This document shows positions 28,315 through 35,511 of a DNA stretch of 55,738 nt, one piece after another. The first letter of the stretch is position 1, and each line of letters starts with the position of its first letter. Source of the DNA: an uncultured Dehalococcoidia bacterium. Lineage in GTDB: Bacteria > Chloroflexota > Dehalococcoidia > SZUA-161. The stretch is from assembly GCA_964524995.1 (NCBI GenBank), contig CAZGDV010000004.1, forward strand, positions 1 to 55,738, given 5' to 3'. The translations under genes were made by a program, and so were the position numbers. The notes under the pieces were generated by a model. That model had not been told where the DNA came from. It worked only from the letters and a program-made list of their open reading frames with translations, and did no database searches.

Positions 28315-28587
28315 ATGCTCGACACGATCCTGCAACCCGTGGAAGCGCAGCAGCAAACATGCTGGTTGTCCCCTCTGACAAGGAGTCCCCTCTCAGTTCA
28401 AATAGGCAAGTACCCATGGGTATCACCGGATCAGCTTCGCAGCGAGTCACCAACAGCGAGCCGATCGGTCGCCCAGAGTCCCAGAACCGGTCCGGCAGTG
28501 TCGAAGGGTATCGATAGGTATCAGACAACACGGATGATCAGGAAGCTCAGGGGCACTCCACCGACGACTTGCCCCGGATTGGCGTGA
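28315..28587 (+). CDS. Possible 90-aa low-complexity ORF or leader, coupled to MarR
   Basis: Starts just after the predicted TSS of copy 1 with no SD; its TGA overlaps an in-frame GTG of the MarR gene (GTGA, 28584-28587); no family recognised. Confidence 0.3.
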   Translation: MLDTILQPVEAQQQTCWLSPLTRSPLSVQIGKYPWVSPDQLRSESPTASRSVAQSPRTGPAVSKGIDRYQTTRMIRKLRGTPPTTCPGLA

Positions 28588-29171
28588 CGATGACCGCAAA
28601 AGGCATGAGCGAGAGCGACCGCGGTGTCCTCTCACGGCTGGTGCAGGCCGGAGACGTCGCGTACAGACTCAAGAGGAACACGCTGGCGCAGGTAGGTATT
28701 TCCGCCCTGGAGAGCGAGGTGCTGCTCATGCTCAATGGCGCGGAAGGCCCCATCGACACTCCCAGTCTGTCGCGAAGGATGCTTCTGGAGCCAAGGGCAC
28801 TTCGCAGCCTGCTGCGTCGCATGGAGAGCAAGGGGCTTGTATCGCTATGCAAGTCCGGACCCGAGAAGAACGCAACCCAGGCCGTCGAGGCGACAGAGGA
28901 AGGCCATCTGGCCTATTCGAAGTCTTTGGAACTCAACAACATGTACGGCGTACTGTCATGCCTGTCCTCAGAAGAGAAGGAACAGCTTGAGGTGCTCCTG
29001 AGAAAACTCCTTCGAACTTCGCTATCCACTCTCGGGATCGGCAGGCTGTTTCATCATGCCGAACTGGTTGGGGAAGTCCCGCCCCCCACAAGGCGGCGCG
29101 AGTCCCGAGCCCGTGCAGCCAGATCCGGCAGAGGCCAGTCGCCAGAGAGCACTTTGTGCAGACAGCAATAG
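28584..29171 (+). CDS. MarR-family transcriptional regulator (Dehalococcoidia-like subtype)
   Basis: GIS..E..VL..L....GP.....LSR.MLLEP.....LLRRME.KGLV...ATEEG..AY...LSCLS.EEKEQL; start uncertain (28569, 28584 or 28590). Confidence 0.85.
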   Translation: MTMTAKGMSESDRGVLSRLVQAGDVAYRLKRNTLAQVGISALESEVLLMLNGAEGPIDTPSLSRRMLLEPRALRSLLRRMESKGLVSLCKSGPEKNATQAVEATEEGHLAYSKSLELNNMYGVLSCLSSEEKEQLEVLLRKLLRTSLSTLGIGRLFHHAELVGEVPPPTRRRESRARAARSGRGQSPESTLCRQQ

Positions 29172-29224
29172 ACCGTTTCCCAGTCAACCACCGTCCGTAT
29201 GAGTCATCGCCGCAAGGCAAGAGA

Positions 29225-29992
29225 ATGGCCAAGGAAGCGTTGGACATACTGATCATCGAGAACGATCCAGATGTCGTAGAGGCAGTGGCCCTGGTGCTCC
29301 ACATGCGTTGGCCCGACGCGAGGATTGCGGCCACCGATTCCGGTGCAGCTGGCATCGAACTGGCGGGAAGCGATGAAGTGGATGTGATCATACTCGATCT
29401 GGGTCTTCCCGATATTGATGGCTTCGACGTAATCAGGGAGATCAGGGCGTTCTCGGCCACCCCCATAATAGTACTCAGCGTGAGGTCCGGAGAGTCGGAC
29501 ATCGCGCGGGCTCTCGACGAGGGAGCGGATGACTATATAGCGAAGCCCTACTCCCCGCTTGAGCTGATAGCGCGGCTTAGAGCACGGGTCAGCGATAGGG
29601 ACGAGCACGCTGCTTGGGGGCCGCTCTCCTACGGCCAACTCACACTTGATCCCCTCAAGCGTGAGTTGGCCGTAGGAGACAAGTCGGTGAACCTCACAGT
29701 TGTCGAACTGCAGATCATGCGCCAGCTCATCAGAAGGGCTGGTGGCATTGTTCCCTTCCTTGCACTCGCCGAGAGCGTTTGGGGTGAAGAGCACCCTGGG
29801 GCGCTCGACAGTCTCAGAGTATATATCCGGCGCCTGCGGAAGAAAGTCGAGGACGACCCCAGCTACCCCAAGCTCCTGCTTACGAAGACGGGCGTGGGCT
29901 ACTACCTGGCCAAGCCAGCCCTGAACCACGTCAAGTGCAGCGCCGACGCGCTGCACGTAGTGCTCAGGAAATCACACACCGTTACCCCGTGA
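29225..29992 (+). CDS. OmpR/PhoB-family response regulator RR2 (orphan)
   Basis: ILIIEND, LDLGLPD, DYIAKP; winged helix SLRVYIRRLRKKVEDDP...GVGY; no adjacent kinase. Confidence 0.94.
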   Translation: MAKEALDILIIENDPDVVEAVALVLHMRWPDARIAATDSGAAGIELAGSDEVDVIILDLGLPDIDGFDVIREIRAFSATPIIVLSVRSGESDIARALDEGADDYIAKPYSPLELIARLRARVSDRDEHAAWGPLSYGQLTLDPLKRELAVGDKSVNLTVVELQIMRQLIRRAGGIVPFLALAESVWGEEHPGALDSLRVYIRRLRKKVEDDPSYPKLLLTKTGVGYYLAKPALNHVKCSADALHVVLRKSHTVTP

Positions 29993-30036
29993 ACGTACTC
30001 CAAAGGCACCGCTCCAGACTGTCCCAGCGCTCGTGG

Positions 30037-30120
30037 TTACCGAGTTCTCACCGGTTTCTTAGTATCGTTTAATGCCGAACCGCGTCTGTTAATCGGCCTC
30101 TTATCGGCCCACTCTAGACT
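30037..30120 (+). promoter_or_regulatory. 4+2 array of 11-bp direct repeats plus -10 box (copy 2)
   Basis: ttaccgagttc/tcaccggtttc/ttagtatcgtt/taatgccgaac, 8-nt gap, ttaatcggcct/cttatcggccc, TAGACT at 30115 (offset 78). Confidence 0.8.
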
Positions 30121-30240
30121 TGGGACAGGTCTGCATACGAGTGATGGATGGAGCCACTCGGGACTTCGGTACAGCCGTTCACTTCGTGTGCGAAGCGCAA
30201 ATACTACAGAGGCAACTTTCTGAGAGAATGAGGGTGTGAA

Positions 30241-31200
30241 ATGACTAGACGGGGGCTCAAGCTGACGAGGCGACTCATACTGAGTGTAGCCGCACTTGTG
30301 CTGGTTATAGTTCTTCTCACGTTGAATATCCGTGTGGCACCGGTTTCCGTCGAGCCTCTGGTGGCATTGGGCTATGGCTATGGGGGAGGCATCGTCATCG
30401 TTCCCCCGACTCCTACAGCGACTCCCTTGCCCACCGCGACACCGGCGGCTACCAGTTCCCCCACACCCACAGCGACGCCGGCGGAATCGCCCGGCCCCAG
30501 CCCCACTGTAACCCCGGCCCCTACGCCTACTCCTACCGGCGTCACACCTTCGCCAACGCCAGCGGAACGGCCTCTCGTGACCGAAGACCTCGTGGGCAGG
30601 GTCAGTGACCTCGGCTTCGCGCTGGAAGACATCGAGGTCAGGACTGACGACGGTCAGCTGGTCCTGCGGATAGCCGAGTTCACTCATATGGAAACCCAGG
30701 ACGGTGTGCCGCCCAGCTACCTCGATGTCTCGGAGGTCATCGATGCACCAGCGATGCCACCCAATCTGGTGCTGATCGGCAATGCCTACAACTTGCATGG
30801 TGACCAGGCAGAATTCGATCCGCCGATCGAGCTGTCGCTGACATATGACCCTGCAGAACTCCCAGACGGCGTCGACGAAGCCGATCTGGCCATTGCATAC
30901 TACGACAGCGAGGCTCAGGCCTGGGTCTTTCTGGAATCCGTAGTCGATACCACGTTGCATACAGTCACTTGTAAGGTGAGGCATCTTACGGTGTTCGCAA
31001 TACTGGGAACGAAAGCGCAAGTGCCCACGCCTACTTCGCCGGTGCCCACGCCAACAGCAACGCCTGCGCCACCATTCAACGTGTGGATCGTCATCGGCCC
31101 CATACTGGCCCTCCTCGCGCTCGCAGGAGTAGCCTACTACTTCCTTGTCGATGAGTACACCAGGAGGAAGTGGATGAAGCGTCTGCTGAGGCGAGCGTAG
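30241..31200 (+). CDS. Membrane-anchored surface protein: N-terminal signal/TM, Pro/Thr-rich linker, ZU5/GPS-like beta domain, second PT linker, C-terminal TM and basic tail
   Basis: TRRLIL then a hydrophobic stretch; (PTPT)n linkers; FDPPIELSLTYDP..LP.GVDE.DL.IAYYD...W..LESVVD...TV...V.HLTVFAIL; TM followed by RRKWMKRLLRRA. Confidence 0.85.
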   Translation: MTRRGLKLTRRLILSVAALVLVIVLLTLNIRVAPVSVEPLVALGYGYGGGIVIVPPTPTATPLPTATPAATSSPTPTATPAESPGPSPTVTPAPTPTPTGVTPSPTPAERPLVTEDLVGRVSDLGFALEDIEVRTDDGQLVLRIAEFTHMETQDGVPPSYLDVSEVIDAPAMPPNLVLIGNAYNLHGDQAEFDPPIELSLTYDPAELPDGVDEADLAIAYYDSEAQAWVFLESVVDTTLHTVTCKVRHLTVFAILGTKAQVPTPTSPVPTPTATPAPPFNVWIVIGPILALLALAGVAYYFLVDEYTRRKWMKRLLRRA

Positions 31201-31331
31201 CGGAGGCCGAGGAGCGGGGCGGCTCACTTCGAGAAAGCAGGAGCGGCGGAGTGAGACTCAAACGGCACGGAGAGGGATCGAAGCCTTAGGCATGGCTCCA
31301 GGCGCCCGCCGGTCAATAGTCCTAGGCATGA

Positions 31332-31469
31332 GACATTCTCGGAGCGCTTCCGCCGAATGTCCTCTCCTTTCCCACCAATGGCTTGTCCTCCGAGTCCGAA
31401 GGGATCGGCTCGGGGGACAAGCCCCTAGGCCACCCGACGACCTGGGCCCTTTCCCGAGGCAGAGTCGTC
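31332..31469 (+). other. Cluster of three GC-rich stem-loops between the surface-protein and GT-C genes
   Basis: GACATTC..CGGA-GCGCT-TCCG..GAATGTC (31332-31361); ~19-bp stem 31380-31423; GACGAC/GTCGTC stem 31436-31469; no U-tract. Confidence 0.6.
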
Positions 31470-31499
31470 CCTTGGGCTTCAAGGTCTGGTCCATGTGAG

Positions 31500-32969
31500 A
31501 TGGCGACGTTAGCTCCATCCGGCAGCTTGCCCAGTCGGCTCCCCAAGCTCGTCATTGTTGCCATACTGATACTGGCCGTTTTCATGGCCAGTATCCCGCA
31601 CTGGAACTACAGCTACCCACTCCACATAGACGAGTGGTGGCACCTCGGTGACTCGGTGAGTCTTGCAGAGACAGGGCATGTTCCGTTCCCCAACTTCTTC
31701 GAAGCCGGTACACACGTGTGGCCTGACCGAGAGTTGGGCTTTCACCTCCTCCTCTCGCAAATCAAGATATCAACCGGCGCCTCTTGGCTGGTCTTGCCCC
31801 TCATCCTGCCCTCCCTGATCCTGGCAATCCTGGTCGTGCAGTTATATGCCCTGGGCAGACGCGAGGGTTGGGGCCTCTGGGCAGCCTTCATAGTCGCCCT
31901 TATCCCCACAACCACCAGGTTTTTGGGGCCGGCTTTCCTGGTTCCCGTAGCGGTCGGACTAGTCTTCATTCCCGCGACCATGTTCGTCCTGCGGAATCTC
32001 ATGAATGACTGGAAGGGTCTGGTCATTCTGTTGGTGATGTTCACCTCACTCATGCTGATCCACCCACCCAGTCTTGTGGCCCTGAGCGCCATAGTCGCAG
32101 TCCACTCGTTGGTACGCGCGATACCCGTAGGAGGGAGGCAAGATTCGAGGGCGCGCCGAACAGCGTTGGCGATGGCACTACTGGGTTCGACCTACATCAT
32201 CATGTGGGTCTGGGCACCAGATCTTGTCAGGCTCATCGTGGAGGAGGGGCTCGACCCCAACGCACACATATCGCTCCCTCCCATCAGCAACGCCCTATCC
32301 CAATTCGGATACATCCCGTTTGCCCTGGCCGCCCTCGGCACGGCAGTGATTGCCTATCGTGGAAACAGGGACGACTGGGCGCTTGTACTCTCCGTGATGC
32401 TGCTGCTGGGTTTTCAGACCATTTACCCGATCCTATACCTGGGCCCCGACATCGTATATGAGAGGGGTTGGCTCTACATATATGTGCTGACCGCGATGCT
32501 CGCGGGCATCTCTATGAGACACGTCTGGCAGTGGACGAGTACCGCTTTCAGCGGCAGGATGTGGGCACTGGGGGCATCCAGGGCATTGGCCATACTAGTG
32601 CTGATCGGCATGGTGTCCCAGAGCATTTACTCGCATCTGCGCGAACCCTACTATCAGGTCATCGACGACAGCACATACGAGGAGTTCCTGTGGATCAGGG
32701 ACAATGTGCCCAGCGAATACGACGTAGCCCTCGTGGACACCGGACTGGCCTGGGCGTTCGCCACCGTGACTGAGAAGGCAGTGTATGCTGCGGAAGTGGC
32801 TCCAAACTTCCATGAGAAGGGCCGTGCCGCCATGGAATTCCTGGCTGAGGGAGCCGAAGACACAGAATGGTTGAGGGAAAACGGGATAAGAATCGTGTAC
32901 ACGTCGGAAGATGTGAACAACGAGGACCTCTCCAGAATACGGAACAACACGTATCTTCTCCTAGACTGA
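31500..32969 (+). CDS. Polytopic membrane protein, GT-C-fold glycosyltransferase-like
   Basis: First external loop YPLHIDEWWH carries the acidic DE pair typical of GT-C enzymes; about 11-12 TM helices and a C-terminal soluble domain; track start 31383. Confidence 0.7.
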   Translation: MATLAPSGSLPSRLPKLVIVAILILAVFMASIPHWNYSYPLHIDEWWHLGDSVSLAETGHVPFPNFFEAGTHVWPDRELGFHLLLSQIKISTGASWLVLPLILPSLILAILVVQLYALGRREGWGLWAAFIVALIPTTTRFLGPAFLVPVAVGLVFIPATMFVLRNLMNDWKGLVILLVMFTSLMLIHPPSLVALSAIVAVHSLVRAIPVGGRQDSRARRTALAMALLGSTYIIMWVWAPDLVRLIVEEGLDPNAHISLPPISNALSQFGYIPFALAALGTAVIAYRGNRDDWALVLSVMLLLGFQTIYPILYLGPDIVYERGWLYIYVLTAMLAGISMRHVWQWTSTAFSGRMWALGASRALAILVLIGMVSQSIYSHLREPYYQVIDDSTYEEFLWIRDNVPSEYDVALVDTGLAWAFATVTEKAVYAAEVAPNFHEKGRAAMEFLAEGAEDTEWLRENGIRIVYTSEDVNNEDLSRIRNNTYLLLD

Positions 32970-34300
32970 AGGAAAGTGCGATTACGCCTATCAAATTTCG
33001 GACAAGTTCACCCGCTGCGCGGCTGATATCTCAGGAACGGTTCCTTCTTGTAGCTGCAGCTGTCGGCTATGCATTCGGCTACCTGTACCTCGTCTATATC
33101 GGCCGTGAGCTGGGCCCTCAGGACTTCGGCACATTCGGCTCTCTGTTCGCTGTCTTCTACATCGCTTGTCATATGGGACAGGCTGTCAGACAGGCCATCG
33201 CCCGGAGAGTATCCGAAGTCAATGCTAGGGTGGGACGCGAAGCGGCCCTGTCGACATACTCCCGGCTGGCATTCAAGCTAGGTCTTCTGTGCACAATCCC
33301 CACCGCGGCGGCAATAGCCGGATCCCACCATATCGGATCGTTCTTCCATGTCAGTCACACCGGCCCAGTGATCCTCTTGGGACTGTCCATTTCTATAGCC
33401 TTGATCCTTGACGTGCTGCTGGGATTGCTGCAGGGAATGCAGAGGTTCATGGCACTTGGGGTCAGCGGGTTTCTAGTCGGCCAGGGGTCCAAACTGGTGA
33501 TTGCGGCCCTCTTTCTCTGGGCCGGCTGGGGCCTGTCTGGGGCTGTCGGTGTTCTCCTGGCGTCGACGGCACTGGCTGCAGTCGTCGGACTGGCACTTGT
33601 TCGAAAAGACCTGCGAGGAGCACTTCGAACGCCCTCTTATAGCGATTCCGGTGTAACCGCAGTCCTGCTCCCCTCCACGTTCCTGGTCCTTTTCCTGGCC
33701 ATCCCGACCAGCGCCGACGTCATGCTCGTCTCGCACTTCTTCGACAGCAATGACGCCGGGGTCTACAATGCTGCCGCCACTCTCGGGAAGGTGGTTATCT
33801 TTCTGCCGATGGCCGTCTCGTTCGTCCTGCTGCCGAAAGCAGCGGAGAGCCATGCGCTGGGATTGAGTTCGAGGAAACAGCTGGCAAGGAGTCTAGTGCT
33901 GGCGGGTGCGCTGTCGGGTGGGGCCGCACTGATATGCTGGGCACTGCCCGATATGGTTGTGGGCATGTTCTTCGGTCAGGCCTACGTTGGGGCACAACAG
34001 ATCTGCGGCCTGTATGCGGCCGCCATGCTGCTCGTTTCGCTGAACTGCGTTCTGATGCACTATGGCCTGGCGACTCACAACCTTGCCTTGATGCTCTGGG
34101 CAGACACGATCAGCATCGCACAGGTCGTGGCGATTGCCATGCACCATGACTCACTGCTTCAGACCGTCATGGTGCTCCTTATCGGCAATGCCGTTCTGTT
34201 CGGGTCCAGCTTGCCATTAGCGCTCGTGCTCGAAGGGAAAGGAGTTGGTAAACCCCGTGAGGCAGAACCCAGTCCCGCCGAAGCTACTGTTGCACGCTGA
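32867..34300 (+). CDS. Oligosaccharide/polysaccharide flippase (Wzx/MOP-like)
   Basis: GR.LGP..FG.F..L motif, about 12 TM helices, D..LV.HFF....AG.Y.AA..LGK...F.P; start codon unresolved. Confidence 0.85.
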   Translation: MVEGKRDKNRVHVGRCEQRGPLQNTEQHVSSPRLKESAITPIKFRTSSPAARLISQERFLLVAAAVGYAFGYLYLVYIGRELGPQDFGTFGSLFAVFYIACHMGQAVRQAIARRVSEVNARVGREAALSTYSRLAFKLGLLCTIPTAAAIAGSHHIGSFFHVSHTGPVILLGLSISIALILDVLLGLLQGMQRFMALGVSGFLVGQGSKLVIAALFLWAGWGLSGAVGVLLASTALAAVVGLALVRKDLRGALRTPSYSDSGVTAVLLPSTFLVLFLAIPTSADVMLVSHFFDSNDAGVYNAAATLGKVVIFLPMAVSFVLLPKAAESHALGLSSRKQLARSLVLAGALSGGAALICWALPDMVVGMFFGQAYVGAQQICGLYAAAMLLVSLNCVLMHYGLATHNLALMLWADTISIAQVVAIAMHHDSLLQTVMVLLIGNAVLFGSSLPLALVLEGKGVGKPREAEPSPAEATVAR

Positions 34301-34316
34301 AACGGAGGTGCCACAG

Positions 34317-34904
34317 GTGGGGCCCCTTGGCAGCGATACCATGCCACCGAGGAGGCAACCGGCGAGCGCTGTATTCCTGGACAGAGACGGCACGATAATG
34401 CGGGACGTGCACTACTGCCGCGATGTGAGGAATGTCGAGATACTGCCTGGTGTCGCACAGGGAATCAAGTTGCTCAACGACAGCGGGTTCAGGGTGGTTG
34501 TGGCAACGAACCAGTCCGGCATCGGCCGTGGTCTTCTCGATGAAGAGGTACTGAGGAGAATACACCAGCGCATGCTGCTGCGGCTGCTCTGGGAGGGTGC
34601 CATAGTCGATGCGATCTACCACTGCCCTCATGGTCCAGACGATAGCTGCGAATGCAGGAAGCCGAGGGCAGGGCTCCTCCGGCGGGCGGCGCAGGACCTA
34701 GACCTGGATCTCGAGAGGTCGTTCATGGTCGGCGACAGCCTGAGGGACATCGAGGCCGGGCGGGAGGCCGGTTGCCGAACGGCGATCGTGTGTTCCGACC
34801 CATACGCCTGGGAGGACCAGGGGGCGAGACCCGACTTTATCGGACACAGTCTCCTCGATGTGGCCGTGTGGATCATAGGGGCCAGGGTAGCGGGCTCAGC
34901 CTGA
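34317..34904 (+). CDS. gmhB: D,D-heptose 1,7-bisphosphate phosphatase (HAD IIIA)
   Basis: AVFLDRDGTI, VATNQSGIGRG, YHCPH....C.CRKP, SFMVGD...DIEAG..AG; GTG 34317 after GGAGG. Confidence 0.92.
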   Translation: MGPLGSDTMPPRRQPASAVFLDRDGTIMRDVHYCRDVRNVEILPGVAQGIKLLNDSGFRVVVATNQSGIGRGLLDEEVLRRIHQRMLLRLLWEGAIVDAIYHCPHGPDDSCECRKPRAGLLRRAAQDLDLDLERSFMVGDSLRDIEAGREAGCRTAIVCSDPYAWEDQGARPDFIGHSLLDVAVWIIGARVAGSA

Positions 34905-35510
34905 GGCTACGACAAGCTGGTTCAGGCCGAGCTCGAAGGTCTTGTAGCACTCGATTCTGAAGTGGCCATCCCCGGCAACTATTTCTTGCAGCGTCCGCTC
35001 ATTGTAGTTCGCCTGGTGTGGGCTGTACATCTCCAGTTCCTCGTGCTTGACCCCGAGCAATCGCTTGAATGCCCTAACGAGCCTGTCCCCAGCTGCAGAA
35101 GGTGTCGTGATGACCAGGTGGCCACCGGGTTTCAGCAATGATCGGCATTGCTTGAGCACCACGGTAGGATCGTGGAGATGCTCTATGACGGCGAGCAGCA
35201 CGATGGTGTCGAACTCCGATCGCACCACATCGAGGAGATTGCCATCCTGCTCGATATCGATACAATGAAATTCCCATTCCGGCTTCTGCTCACGCAACTC
35301 CCGTATCACGGCCTCCTGGATGTCTATCCCCACATATCTCTGGCCTCCGGCCAAGTAGTCTGCGAGCGAAGACTCACCGCCACACCCGATATCGAGCACA
35401 TCACCCTTGAGCCATGGTCTGACTTGAGCGCATCGCTTTCGGCTCAGGTACCGGGCGATAGTCCTCGCGTAGAGACCGGTCGCCAACCTGGTGTATCTGC
35501 CGTATGACAC
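34896..35510 (-). CDS. Class I SAM-dependent methyltransferase
   Basis: VLDIGCGG, YVGIDI, FDTIVLLAVIEHL, LKPGG.L.ITTP; probable GTG start at 35510 directly after the upstream stop (the track extension to 35762 overlaps another gene). Confidence 0.88.
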   Translation of the reverse strand: MSYGRYTRLATGLYARTIARYLSRKRCAQVRPWLKGDVLDIGCGGESSLADYLAGGQRYVGIDIQEAVIRELREQKPEWEFHCIDIEQDGNLLDVVRSEFDTIVLLAVIEHLHDPTVVLKQCRSLLKPGGHLVITTPSAAGDRLVRAFKRLLGVKHEELEMYSPHQANYNERTLQEIVAGDGHFRIECYKTFELGLNQLVVASG

Positions 35511-35511
35511 T

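Noticed and set aside
28584-29992. Reductive dehalogenase locus suggested by Dehalococcoides-style MarR and two-component genes
   Set aside because: No rdhA (Tat + two Fe-S motifs) or rdhB gene anywhere in the window.
28220-30120. Short-repeat arrays as CRISPR or VNTR
   Set aside because: Units are 11 bp, degenerate and contiguous, with no spacers and no cas genes; they fit regulator binding sites.
30400-30570. Pro/Thr-rich stretch as a phase-variable DNA tandem repeat
   Set aside because: Codons are diversified at the DNA level; the repeat is a protein-level linker only.
29204-31227. Long antisense ORFs (29204-29956, 30037-31227) and similar shadows such as 50648-51574 and 3354-4124
   Set aside because: They mirror well-supported genes on the other strand or span a tRNA, have no recognisable motifs, and are expected in high-GC DNA.
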